A DNA stretch of 64,000 bases from Thermoanaerobaculia bacterium (GTDB lineage: Bacteria; Acidobacteriota; Thermoanaerobaculia; Multivoradales; UBA5704): the NCBI GenBank assembly GCA_044226625.1, contig JBGAGQ010000025.1, forward strand, positions 1-64,000, read 5' to 3'. The notes under the pieces were generated by a model that saw only the letters and a list, made by a program, of their open reading frames with translations, had not been told where the DNA came from and made no database searches. This document shows positions 27,079 through 36,788 of the stretch, in pieces. Numbering within the stretch: the stretch's first letter is position 1; each line of letters starts with the position of its first letter. The position numbers were made by a program, and so were the translations under genes.

Positions 27079-28085
27079 CGGCCGACGGTACGCCGCGGTC
27101 GGCGGAGCGCCGTCCTCTCGAGGGCAAGGTCGCCGTCGTCCTGATCAACTGGAACGGCGCCTCGGACACGCTCGCCACCCTCGCCTCGCTCGAAGCCAGC
27201 GAGGAGGCGCACCGGTTGCGTTGCCTGGTGGTCGACAACGGCTCGACCGACGACTCCGTGACGAGGCTGGGCGCCCGGCTGGGCGAAATCCGGTTGAACG
27301 CCGAGCTGATCGAGACCGGTGCGAATCTCGGCTTCGCGGGGGGCAACGGCGTCGGCATCCGCCGAGCGCTCGAAGATCCTTCGATCGATTGGATCCTGCT
27401 GCTCAACACCGACGTCGAGGTCGATCCGGGCTTTTTGAAGCCGCTGCTCGAAGCTTGCGCGGACCCCGCGGTCGGGGCCGCCGGGCCGTTGATCTTCTAC
27501 TTCGAGCCGCGCGACCTGATCTGGGCCGCGGGCGGGCGCCTCCGCTGGCGCGAGACGGTCACCGAGGAGTGGGGCAACCGCGAGCCGCTCGGCCCAAAGT
27601 TCGCGGCGGCGGCCGACGTCACGTATCTGACGACCTGCTGCCTGCTCGTGCCGCGCGACGCGATGCTCGAGGTGGGGCCGCTCGATCCGGTCTACTTCAT
27701 CAACGTCGACGACGCCGACTGGTGCCGGCGCGCCTCGGCGGCCGGATATCGGCTGCGCTACGTGCCCGAGAGCCGGATCTGGCACAAGGTGGCGGCCTCG
27801 ACCGGCGGCGGCTATACGCCGACGAAGACCTTTCACACCGGGCGGGGTAACGCGATCTTCGTCCGCCGGTACGGTGGGCCGCTCGCATGCTCGATCTTCC
27901 TCGCCGCGAATCTCGCGGCGCTGCCCGTGGCGTTCGTGCGCGAGGGGCTGCGGGGCAACGCGCGGTCGGTCCGGTCCAAAGCCAAGGGGCTCTGGCGCGG
28001 CCTGCTGGATCCGTTGCCCGAGCCGCCGCGGTTTTCCGTCCACGGGGCGGCGCCGGCAGAAGCCGGCGCGGGAGGGCGCACGTGA
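27075..28085 (+). CDS. Glycosyltransferase family 2
   Basis: LINWNG, VVDNGSTD, NLGFAGGN, LLNTD, DDADWC, IWHK. Confidence 0.92.
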   Translation: MTADGTPRSAERRPLEGKVAVVLINWNGASDTLATLASLEASEEAHRLRCLVVDNGSTDDSVTRLGARLGEIRLNAELIETGANLGFAGGNGVGIRRALEDPSIDWILLLNTDVEVDPGFLKPLLEACADPAVGAAGPLIFYFEPRDLIWAAGGRLRWRETVTEEWGNREPLGPKFAAAADVTYLTTCCLLVPRDAMLEVGPLDPVYFINVDDADWCRRASAAGYRLRYVPESRIWHKVAASTGGGYTPTKTFHTGRGNAIFVRRYGGPLACSIFLAANLAALPVAFVREGLRGNARSVRSKAKGLWRGLLDPLPEPPRFSVHGAAPAEAGAGGRT

Positions 28086-28789
28086 CCGCAAACGTCCTGT
28101 TCCTCGGGACCATTCAGCTGCTCTTGGTCCTGTTCCTCGCGACCCTTCACGAGGCGGCGCACGCGCGGGCGGCGGAGTGGTTCGGCGACCCCACGCCGCG
28201 GGCTCTCGGCCGGGTGTCGATCAATCCGCTCGCGCACCTCGACCTGTTCGGCACGGTGATCCTGCCGGCCGCGCTCGTCGCCCTGTCGGTGCCGGTCGCG
28301 TTCGGTTGGTCGCGTCCGGTGCCGATCGTCGCGCGCAACCTCCGCCGGCCGGGCTGGCATTCGCTGCTGGTGAGCGCCGCGGGACCGGCCGCCAACGCGG
28401 CCTTCTCCTTGCTGGCGCTGCTCGCGGTGGGGATTGCCGTGCGCGTCATGGGGCCGGAGGCCAAGCAAGCGGCGCGGATGTCGATGCTCGGCGGTGCCCT
28501 CTCCGATCCGTCGTCTCCCGCGTTCGGGCTCGCCGGTTTCCCCGTCGTCTTCACCCTGGTGCAAGCTTCCGTGATCAGCGCGTTCCTCGCGCTCTTCCAT
28601 CTGCTGCCCATCCCGCCGCTCGACGGCGGCATGATCCTGCTGCAGCTGGCGCCCGCGAGCTGGATCGCGCGGCTCCAGGCGATCCGTCCTTTCGGTTACC
28701 TGTTTTGCTCGGCGTTCGCGGTGACGCCGTTTTTTCAGGTGACGTTGGTTCCGTTTCTCGTGCTCTTGAACCTGGTCATCTCGACGTAG
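28082..28789 (+). CDS. Site-2 protease (M50) family protein
   Basis: HEAAH, GDPTP..GR.S.NP..HLD, AAGPAAN, FHLLPIPPLDG. Confidence 0.88.
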   Translation: MTANVLFLGTIQLLLVLFLATLHEAAHARAAEWFGDPTPRALGRVSINPLAHLDLFGTVILPAALVALSVPVAFGWSRPVPIVARNLRRPGWHSLLVSAAGPAANAAFSLLALLAVGIAVRVMGPEAKQAARMSMLGGALSDPSSPAFGLAGFPVVFTLVQASVISAFLALFHLLPIPPLDGGMILLQLAPASWIARLQAIRPFGYLFCSAFAVTPFFQVTLVPFLVLLNLVIST

Positions 28790-28805
28790 CTTCCGGAGGC
28801 CTCCC

Positions 28806-29831
28806 GTGACCCCACAGCAGATCGTCCTCTCGGGCATGCGCCCGACCGGCCGTATCCATCTCGGCAACTACTTCGGCGCGCTCAAAAACTGGGTGGACCT
28901 CCAGGACCGCTATCGGTGCCTCTACATGGCGGCCGATTGGCACGCGCTCACGAGCGACTACGCCGAGACCAGGGAGATCCGCGACAACACGCTCGAGATG
29001 GTGGCCGACTGGATCGCCGCCGGGCTCGACCCGGACAAATCGGTGATCTTCGTCCAGTCGATGGTGCCCGAGCACGCCGAGCTGCACCTGCTCTTCTCGA
29101 TGATCACGCCGCTCGGCTGGCTCGAGCGGGTGCCGACCTACAAAGAGCAGATCGCGCAGATCGAGAGCAAGGACCTGCACACCTACGGCTTCCTCGGCTA
29201 TCCGGTGCTCCAGACGGTCGACATCCTGATCTATCGCGCCCATTTCGTGCCGGTGGGCGAGGACCAGGCGAGCCACATCGAGATCAGCCGCGAGATCGGC
29301 CGGCGCTTCAACTACCTCTACCAGGAGGAGGTCTTCCCGGAGCCGCGGGCGCTGTTCACGCCGACGCCGAAGGTGCCCGGGATCGACGGCCGCAAGATGT
29401 CGAAGTCGTACGGCAACGCGATCCACCTGTCCGATTCGCCGGACGAGATCCGCCGGAAGTGCAAGGAGATGTTCACCGACCCGGAGCGCCTGTTCAAGAA
29501 GGACCCGGGGCGGCCGAGCGTCTGCAACCTGTTCCAGTTTCACAAGCTGATCTCGCCGCCCGATCTGGTGTCCGACGTCGAGCGTCGCTGCCTCGCGGCC
29601 GAGATCGGTTGTGTCGAGGACAAGAAGATCCTCGCCGAGCAGATCATCGCGTTCCTCGAGCCGATGCAGAAGCGGCGCGCCGAGCTGGTGGGCGACCGCG
29701 GCTCGTTGATGGACGTGCTGATCCAGGGATCGGCCAAGGCGCGCGAGATGGCGCAGGAGACGATGGAACGGGCGCGCGCGGCGATGAAGCTCGACTATCG
29801 CGCGGTGCTCGCGCCGAAGGCGACGGCGTGA
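28806..29831 (+). CDS. trpS: Tryptophan--tRNA ligase
   Basis: SGMRPTG.IHLGN (HIGH), VPVGEDQ, KMSKS. Confidence 0.97.
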   Translation: MTPQQIVLSGMRPTGRIHLGNYFGALKNWVDLQDRYRCLYMAADWHALTSDYAETREIRDNTLEMVADWIAAGLDPDKSVIFVQSMVPEHAELHLLFSMITPLGWLERVPTYKEQIAQIESKDLHTYGFLGYPVLQTVDILIYRAHFVPVGEDQASHIEISREIGRRFNYLYQEEVFPEPRALFTPTPKVPGIDGRKMSKSYGNAIHLSDSPDEIRRKCKEMFTDPERLFKKDPGRPSVCNLFQFHKLISPPDLVSDVERRCLAAEIGCVEDKKILAEQIIAFLEPMQKRRAELVGDRGSLMDVLIQGSAKAREMAQETMERARAAMKLDYRAVLAPKATA

Positions 29832-30646
29832 GCCGGGAGATCCGTTCTGACATCCCGACGCCGGGACTGCTGCCGGCCTCGTGGCGGGTGCACCTGCCGG
29901 TCTTCGACGGTCCGCTCGACCTGCTGCTCCAGCTGATCAAGGTCAACAAGGTCGAGATCTCGGACATCCCGGTCGCCACGATCTGCGATCAGTTCCACGA
30001 GTACCTGGCGCTGATGGAGATTCTGAATCTCGACATCGCGGCGGAGTACATCTACGAGGCGGCGCTGCTGATCCATTTGAAATCGCGCCTGCTCCTGCCG
30101 CGGCCGAAGACGCTCGACGGCCAGGTGATCGAGGAAGACCCGCGGCAGGACCTCGTGACGCGACTGCTCGAGTACCGGCGCTTGAAGGACGCCGCGCAGT
30201 CGCTCGCCGAGGTGGACCGCATGCGCGCCGGCGTCTGGCCGAGGAAACCCGGCAAGATCGACCTCGGCCCCGAGCCCGAGCCCGAAGAGGCGACGATCGA
30301 TCTGGGCGAGGTTTCGCTGTTCGATCTGCTCGGCGCCTTCAAGAAGGCGCTCGAGCGGTACGACAAGGAACACCCGCCCGCGATGCAGCTGTCGGGCGAG
30401 ACCTATTCGGTGCGGAGCCAGTTCGATCGACTGCTTTCGGTCCTCTCGCCCGCGCGGCCGTACGACCTGTTGGACGACCTGCGCCACCGCTCTTGCCGCT
30501 CCGAGGCGATCGCTTGCTTCCTCGCCGTCCTCGAGCTCGCGCGGCTGAACCTGGTGCGCATCCATCAGACAGGGGACGGCGAGCTGCTGCTGTACCGCAC
30601 GACCCGAGAGGTGGGACATCACGAATTGGAGACGTTGCTCGGATGA
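29828..30646 (+). CDS. scpA: Segregation and condensation protein A
   Basis: FDGPLDLLLQLI, KSRLLLP, FLAVLEL; lies between trpS and scpB. Confidence 0.93.
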   Translation: MSREIRSDIPTPGLLPASWRVHLPVFDGPLDLLLQLIKVNKVEISDIPVATICDQFHEYLALMEILNLDIAAEYIYEAALLIHLKSRLLLPRPKTLDGQVIEEDPRQDLVTRLLEYRRLKDAAQSLAEVDRMRAGVWPRKPGKIDLGPEPEPEEATIDLGEVSLFDLLGAFKKALERYDKEHPPAMQLSGETYSVRSQFDRLLSVLSPARPYDLLDDLRHRSCRSEAIACFLAVLELARLNLVRIHQTGDGELLLYRTTREVGHHELETLLG

Positions 30647-31812
30647 ACGAAGAAAGCGAAGAGCCTATGGCTCCGATACCTCCGATGGCTTCGCGAGAGG
30701 AGACCCCCGAGGCCGTCGAAGAATCCGCGGCGCCGGAGTCTGCGGCCTTGGAGGAAGAAGCTCCCGAAGCCGGGCCCCTCGAGGAGACCGAGGAGACCGA
30801 GGAGCCTGACGAAACCGAGGAGGTCGAGGGGGCCGAGGTGGAGGAGGCCTCTGAGGCCGAGGTCGAGGAAATCGGCGAGGACGAGACCGAGGAGACCCCG
30901 CAGGCCGAAAGCGAGGAGCCGGTGGGGAGCGGGGAGCCCGTGGAGTCCGCCGAAGCCGTAGAGGATTCCGGCGCCATCGCGGAGGGGGAGACCAGCGCCC
31001 CCGCGGCCCCGAAACGTCGCCGCGAGCGACGCCCGACCGAGCGGGCGGAGATGGAATCCGCGATCGAGGCGATCCTGTTCGTCTCCTCCGAGCCCGTTCC
31101 ACGGGCTCGGCTGGTCGAGTTGTTCGACGAGGAGGACCGGCCGGAAGCCGAGGGGGCGATCGACGCCGTTCTCGAACGGTTCGGCCCCACGGTCGGCCGG
31201 GGCTTCATGGCCGAAGAGGTGGCGGGGGGCGTGCGGTTGGCCACCCGGCCGGAGCTGGTCGGTTGGCTGCGCCGCTTCTTCGACGTCTCCTCCGGGACCA
31301 AGCTCTCGATGGCGGCGCTCGAAACGCTCGCGATCGTTGCCTACCGGCAGCCGATCACCGGCCCGGAGATCCAGGAGCTGCGGAGCGTCAGCGCCGCGGG
31401 CACCTTGAAGACGCTGCTCGAGCGCCGGCTGGTGCGGATCGCCGGGCGGAAAGAGGTGGTGGGCAAGCCGTTCCTCTACGGCACGACGCGCGAGTTCCTG
31501 GTGCATTTCGGCTTGAAGAGCCTCGCCGACCTGCCGCCGCTCGAAGAGTTCGAAGAGACGTTCGGCAGCGACCCGAGCCTGGTGGATCGCTCGCTCGGCG
31601 GACCAGAAACGGAGTCGGCGCCGGCCGAGGCGCCGGAGTCGAGCGAATCCGGAGTGGCGGCTGAGGCGGGAGGCGGCGAGACCACCGAGGCGGCGATCGC
31701 CACGCTCTCCGCGGCCGACGAGTCGCGCGAGCGGGAGCTGATCGCCGCGCACGAAGAGATTGAAGAACGCGAGGAGGCCTCGGCGTCCACCGAGGCCGGG
31801 AGCCAACGATGA
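30643..31812 (+). CDS. scpB: SMC-Scp complex subunit ScpB with long acidic extensions
   Basis: IEAILF, LSMAALETLAIVAYRQPIT, GKPFLYGTTREFL..FGL..L.DLP. Confidence 0.93.
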   Translation: MNEESEEPMAPIPPMASREETPEAVEESAAPESAALEEEAPEAGPLEETEETEEPDETEEVEGAEVEEASEAEVEEIGEDETEETPQAESEEPVGSGEPVESAEAVEDSGAIAEGETSAPAAPKRRRERRPTERAEMESAIEAILFVSSEPVPRARLVELFDEEDRPEAEGAIDAVLERFGPTVGRGFMAEEVAGGVRLATRPELVGWLRRFFDVSSGTKLSMAALETLAIVAYRQPITGPEIQELRSVSAAGTLKTLLERRLVRIAGRKEVVGKPFLYGTTREFLVHFGLKSLADLPPLEEFEETFGSDPSLVDRSLGGPETESAPAEAPESSESGVAAEAGGGETTEAAIATLSAADESRERELIAAHEEIEEREEASASTEAGSQR

Positions 31813-33485
31813 GCGACCCGAAGACGCGCGCGGGCGACCGCATTCAGAAGATCCTCGCCCGAGCCGGAGTGAGCTCGCGCCGCGAGGCGGAGGAGCTGAT
31901 CACGGAAGGGCGGGTGACGGTGAACGGCCAGCCCGCCGAGCTGGGGCAGAAAGCCGATCCGGAGCACGACTCGATCAAGCTCGACGGCAAGCGGATCGTG
32001 CTCCCCAAGGAGCATCGTTATCTGCTGCTCAACAAGCCGCGCGGCGTGATGACGACGGTTTCCGATCCGGGCGGCCGCCCGACCGTGATCGACCTGGTGC
32101 CGCCGGGACTGCGCAAAGCGCTGGTTCCCGTGGGGCGGCTCGACTTCCTCACCGAAGGGCTCCTGCTGCTCACCGACGACGGCGACTTCGCCCATCGGGT
32201 CGCCCACCCGCGCTACGGCTGCCGCAAAACCTACGAGGTGAAGGTCCTCGGCCGGCCGGCGGAGCGCGACCTCGACCGCCTGCGCGAGGGGATCGTGCTC
32301 GACGGCGAGCGGACCGCTCCCTGCCGGATCGAGCACCGATCGGTCTCCCGCCCCAAGGGGGTCGACAGCGACAACACCTGGTGGAACGTCGAGCTGTCCC
32401 AAGGCCGGACGCGGCAGATTCGCGAGATGTTCCAGCGCATCGGCCATCCCGTGGCGAAGCTGCGGCGGGTGGCGATCGGCTCGCTCTCCGATCCGAACTT
32501 GCCGCTCGGCGCGATCCGTGAGCTCACGCCGCGCGAGGTCGAGACGCTGCGCCAAGGGAGCCGGCCGAGCGATCCGCTGCCGAGGCTGGCCGGCGGGAAA
32601 ACTCCCGGGGGGAAGACCCAAGCGCCGACGGGCACGTCGGAGCGCTTCCCCGAGATCCGCCGCTGGCGACCGAAAGGCGAAGAGAAAGCGGCCGACGCGC
32701 CGCGTCCGCCGCGGGCCGCTCGGCCGCCGCAAAGCTTCGAAGACGAGCCGCGGCGCCGTCCGGAGAGCCGAGAGGCTCGCCCGGAGCGGATCTCTCGGAC
32801 CGTCCGGCTCCCGTCGGCCGAGGAGGTTCGGCCCGCCGCGCCGCGCCGGGCGGGCACCGCGAGCCGTCCCGCCGGGGAAGAGCGGGGCGGTCGCCCCGCG
32901 CCGCGTCCGCCGCGCAGCATGCCTCAGGCTTCGAGGGAAGCCGAGGGGCGAGGCGACTTCGATTTCGAAGCGGAGAGCACGTCGTACGCGCGTCGGGCTC
33001 GGGTGCCGCAGGGCGTTCGTTCGCCGAGGCGGGAAGAGGGCGGCGGCAGGCCGCCTCGCCCCGCGGTCGCGGCGCCCCGGGCTCCGCGGTCGCGAACCGC
33101 CCCGTACCCGCCTCCGGTTATCGAGAGGGAGGAGCGGGGTCGTTCGGCCGGCCGGCCGGCGAGCCGTTCGGCTGGACCTTCGGCGGGCCGTTCCTCCGAC
33201 CGCCCCGTCAGCGGGCGCCCTGCCGCCCCGGGACGCGGGAAGGAGCGGGTGGGCGGAACGCCGACCGGAAGGCCCGGCTCGCCCCGTTCGGCGGGCGGCG
33301 GGGGCTCGGCCCGTCCGGGGGGGAAGGGGCCCGGTTCGAATCGGTCCGGTTCGGGCCGGCCGGCGCCGGATCGGTCGGGACCCCGCTCGGGGGCCCGCCC
33401 CGGAGGACCGGGAGGCCGGCCTGGGAGTCGACCGGGACGCCCGGGATCCCCGGGAGGTAGATCCGGGGGGCGCAAGGGAAGGTGA
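31809..33485 (+). CDS. rluB: rRNA pseudouridine synthase (RluB/RsuA family) with a long Arg/Gly/Pro-rich tail
   Basis: S4 domain RIQKILARAGVSSRREAE, LLNKPRG, VGRLD, GRTRQIREM. Confidence 0.88.
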   Translation: MSDPKTRAGDRIQKILARAGVSSRREAEELITEGRVTVNGQPAELGQKADPEHDSIKLDGKRIVLPKEHRYLLLNKPRGVMTTVSDPGGRPTVIDLVPPGLRKALVPVGRLDFLTEGLLLLTDDGDFAHRVAHPRYGCRKTYEVKVLGRPAERDLDRLREGIVLDGERTAPCRIEHRSVSRPKGVDSDNTWWNVELSQGRTRQIREMFQRIGHPVAKLRRVAIGSLSDPNLPLGAIRELTPREVETLRQGSRPSDPLPRLAGGKTPGGKTQAPTGTSERFPEIRRWRPKGEEKAADAPRPPRAARPPQSFEDEPRRRPESREARPERISRTVRLPSAEEVRPAAPRRAGTASRPAGEERGGRPAPRPPRSMPQASREAEGRGDFDFEAESTSYARRARVPQGVRSPRREEGGGRPPRPAVAAPRAPRSRTAPYPPPVIEREERGRSAGRPASRSAGPSAGRSSDRPVSGRPAAPGRGKERVGGTPTGRPGSPRSAGGGGSARPGGKGPGSNRSGSGRPAPDRSGPRSGARPGGPGGRPGSRPGRPGSPGGRSGGRKGR

Positions 33486-34180
33486 GCACCACGAACCCAG
33501 GGATCGACGGAGATCGAGCGGCGCCGCTCGTCGTCGCGATCGACGGCCCGTCGGGCGCGGGCAAGTCGACGCTCGCGCGCCGGCTCGCGGCGCGGCTCGG
33601 CGTGCCCTATCTGGATACCGGGGCGATGTATCGGGCGTTGGCGCTCGCCGCGCTCGACCAGGGGCTCGATCCCGACGACGGGCCCGCCGTCGAAGCTCTC
33701 GCCGCGCGGGCGGATGTGCGCCTCGCTCCGGCCGACGACGGCGGGTACCACGTGCTGCTCGACGGCGTTCCCGTCGAATCGCGGATTCGCACGCCGGAGG
33801 TCGGCCGCGCCTCGTCAGCGGTGTCCGCCCATCCGGGGGTCCGCGCTCGGATGGTGGCGCTCCAGCGCGAGACGGCCGAGCGGTTCGGCGGCGTGCTCGA
33901 GGGGCGCGACATCGGCACCCGTGTCTTGCCCGACGCCCGGCACAAATTCTTCCTCGACGCCGATCCGGCCGTGCGCGCGGAGCGCCGCCGTGCCCAGCTC
34001 GCCGAATCCGGACGCGAGGTGCCGCGCGAGGAGGTCGAGGCCGATCTCGCCGAGCGCGACCGGCGCGACCGGAGCCGCGCCGAGTCGCCGCTCGTCTGCG
34101 ACGACCGCTACGTGCGCCTCGACGCCACGGGGTTGAGCGTCGAGCAGGTGCTCGAAGCGATGCTCGCGGCGCTCGGCTGA
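33482..34180 (+). CDS. cmk: Cytidylate kinase
   Basis: IDGPSGAGKST, LDTGAMYR, EGRDIGT, RDRRDRSR..SPL. Confidence 0.95.
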   Translation: MSTTNPGIDGDRAAPLVVAIDGPSGAGKSTLARRLAARLGVPYLDTGAMYRALALAALDQGLDPDDGPAVEALAARADVRLAPADDGGYHVLLDGVPVESRIRTPEVGRASSAVSAHPGVRARMVALQRETAERFGGVLEGRDIGTRVLPDARHKFFLDADPAVRAERRRAQLAESGREVPREEVEADLAERDRRDRSRAESPLVCDDRYVRLDATGLSVEQVLEAMLAALG

Positions 34181-34184
34181 GTTC

Positions 34185-36302
34185 TTATCGGTCCGACAGC
34201 CGGTTTTGGAACAGGCCGCCGTCGACGGGGCTCGCGATCAGGCGGCCGTCCGGCGCGACCTGGACCGCGCCGACCCACTGCCGGTACGGACCGAACGGGT
34301 TGAAGCCTCCCGCGGTGGGTTGGAAGCTAAGGCCTCCGTCGACGCTCTTCGTGACGCCTCGGGCGGACGCGAGATAGAGGACTCCCGGCGCGCTCGGATC
34401 GGCCGCAATGTCGCGCGCACTCTCCGCGAGATCGAAGGATCGGATCGGATTCGACGTGTCGCCAAAGTCGTCGCTGCGCCTCAGCTCGGTTCTGGAGGCG
34501 GTCGGAACCAGGAGGTAGAAGCTCGCCGGAGCTCCGGGAATGAATTCCACGTCGGCGATTCCTTGGCGGAGCAGCGTCCAGCTTTTGCCAGCGTCGGCGC
34601 TCTTGTAGAGGACCGGTTTGCCGGTTTCGCGGGGAAGCCCGGTGGTGTATTCGAGTGTCCGGGCGATCACGCGGCTCGGATCGAAGGGGTTCGCGGTGAG
34701 CTCGGTGATCTCTCTCCGCCCGCCGGCTGGGTGCTCCGGGCTCGGCGGGATCGTCCCGTCGAGCGAGGTCGTCCAAGTGACTCCCTGGTCTTCACTCCAT
34801 TGGATCCCGAAGAAACCGCCCACGAGGAGGGCGCCGCCGGCCGTGAATTCGACCGTCGCGCTCGTTCCCGGACCTCCGCCGATCGAATGGCCGAGGCCAG
34901 GATCCCCCGGATCGTGCAGGATGGAGCCCAAGCCCGTCGCGATCAGCCAGCGACGCGGCTCGTTCGGGTCGAAGGCGAGATCGAGGAAATCGAGGAAACG
35001 CCGAGGCTGGATCTGCGCGCCGAGCCGGGTGAACGTGGTCCCGCCGTCGGTCGAAAGCAGCGTCCGAGCAAGGCAGAACGAGTCGAGGCACCTGGTGAAT
35101 GTCCGGACCATCTGGTATCTCGAGTCGAGCGGATGAATGCGGACCTCGAGAACCCCGAACGCCTCGATGCCTGCGGCTTCGACCGGGGCGAAGGAATGTT
35201 GCGGCGCCGGCCTATAGAGCTCCGAGCCGGCGAGGAAGTAGGGACCGCCGGGAGCCGCCGCGACGTGGGTCACCGCGACGATCTGGAGTGGCGTGAAGGC
35301 GAAACCTGCGATCGGGACGAAGCTACCGACCTGGCCCCCTTTCTGGCTCTGGTAGAGCCCCAACCCGGAAACCGCCGCGTAGATCTTCTTCGGGTTCGCC
35401 GGTTCCGAGGCGAGCGCGGAGGGGCCTTCACCGGAAAAGCCCGAGCGGCGCCACGATCGTCCGCCGTCGAGGGAGCGGAAAAGGCCGCCCGCCCGCAATG
35501 AGGCGAGGACGATCGAGGGGCGCCCATAGGTGGCGTGGAGCGCGAGGACCGCGTCCTCGGCGTCAACCGGCAAGGCCGCGGTCGGTCCGAAGGTCTTCCC
35601 GCCGTCGACGCTCTTGTCGATTCCAGAACCGGAAGCCGCCACCGCGTAGACCGTGCCGGGCTCGCCGGGCGGCGCCGCGACCGGGCCGAGCCGTCCCGGA
35701 ACCACCATCCACGTGACGCCCAGGTCGGTCGAGCGCAGCAGGCGTTTCGGCGCATGGCCTCCGGTTTCCGCGAACAGGACGACCGAATTGCGTGTCGGCG
35801 CGATCGTGAGGCGGATCACTCGGAAATCGGCGTCGCCGACGGAAAGCCGTCTCCAGGTCGCCCCCGCGTCGGTCGAGCGGTACACCGCTTGGGTTTCGCT
35901 CGAGGGTGTGATCGTCGCGACCGCCCAGAGCGCCTTGGGGTTCAGCGGATGGATCGCGAGCGCGATCGGGACGGCGCCCGGCTTGCCGAGTCCGTGGCCG
36001 CGCCAACGCCAGGGCACGTTGGCGGTGGGGCGCTGCCAGATCTCTCCCGCGGCGTAAGAGGTGGTGACGTAGACCTCGCCGCCGGGGCTTGCGACCAGCG
36101 AATCGAGGGAGCCCCCGCTGGGGCCGAACGGGGTCCAGCGGTCTTCCCCGGCGAAAGCGACTTGGCCCAGGAAGCCGCCGAGGAACGCCGCGGCGAGACC
36201 GAGGAATCGGCGGCTGCGCCACTTTCGGGAACGGCTCGGGGCGAGGGACAAGGACAGGGGATGCGGCATCGTCGAAGCTCCAGGAAAGTCTCTCGGTTTC
36301 AT
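34185..36302 (-). CDS. Secreted BNR/Asp-box repeat beta-propeller protein
   Basis: Repeated S.D.G.TW boxes (RSTDAGATW, RSTDLGVTW, RSLDGGRSW, KSADAGKSW); signal peptide then WTPFGP.GG. Start may be 36269. Confidence 0.82.
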   Translation of the reverse strand: MKPRDFPGASTMPHPLSLSLAPSRSRKWRSRRFLGLAAAFLGGFLGQVAFAGEDRWTPFGPSGGSLDSLVASPGGEVYVTTSYAAGEIWQRPTANVPWRWRGHGLGKPGAVPIALAIHPLNPKALWAVATITPSSETQAVYRSTDAGATWRRLSVGDADFRVIRLTIAPTRNSVVLFAETGGHAPKRLLRSTDLGVTWMVVPGRLGPVAAPPGEPGTVYAVAASGSGIDKSVDGGKTFGPTAALPVDAEDAVLALHATYGRPSIVLASLRAGGLFRSLDGGRSWRRSGFSGEGPSALASEPANPKKIYAAVSGLGLYQSQKGGQVGSFVPIAGFAFTPLQIVAVTHVAAAPGGPYFLAGSELYRPAPQHSFAPVEAAGIEAFGVLEVRIHPLDSRYQMVRTFTRCLDSFCLARTLLSTDGGTTFTRLGAQIQPRRFLDFLDLAFDPNEPRRWLIATGLGSILHDPGDPGLGHSIGGGPGTSATVEFTAGGALLVGGFFGIQWSEDQGVTWTTSLDGTIPPSPEHPAGGRREITELTANPFDPSRVIARTLEYTTGLPRETGKPVLYKSADAGKSWTLLRQGIADVEFIPGAPASFYLLVPTASRTELRRSDDFGDTSNPIRSFDLAESARDIAADPSAPGVLYLASARGVTKSVDGGLSFQPTAGGFNPFGPYRQWVGAVQVAPDGRLIASPVDGGLFQNRLSDR

Positions 36303-36788
36303 TCCTTGGTACGTTCGCGAGTCGCGGAGTGTCGGGCCGATCCACGGATGCCGCCTGGGAACGCCACGGCGGGTCCGAGAAATCGGTTGCGACGCGAGGG
36401 TTGGAAACGGCTGGGGGGTGGAGAGAAGGCAGGTCTAGGGCATCGGCAAAGCTCCGGGAAACCGCTCGGTTGCTTTCCCTGGTACGTTCGAGCTTCGCTG
36501 AATGTTGGGACCTTATACGGCGCTCGCCATGTCCCGGATTTCTTTCCTGACCGCACTGTTGTCGTGGACCCAGGTCCGGCCTACCGAACCACATCTCCGC
36601 CATCCTCCTGACAGCCGGCTCGCGCTCCGAGCGGAGGGTGACCGCGGGGGTCTTCGTTTGGCGTCGCCGAGATTCCGGGTTACCGGAGCGACGGCCGAGG
36701 CCGGGCAGAGCCGACCTTGCCGCAGACATCGTAGAGCGTCCCCTGTGGGGAGCAACAATTCGGCCTTTTAGGGCCAAGGAGAAGCGAA

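Noticed and set aside
28916-29827. Long N-terminal extensions of ScpA (and of ScpB from 29881)
   Set aside because: They are out-of-frame overlaps with trpS and scpA; coupled GTGA/ATGA starts at 29828 and 30643 fit better.
36440-36480. c-di-GMP-I riboswitch-like GGCAAAGCTCCGGGAAACCG
   Set aside because: The required GGCAAAC...GAAA...GACGCAAA P2 arrangement is absent; only a fragmentary match.
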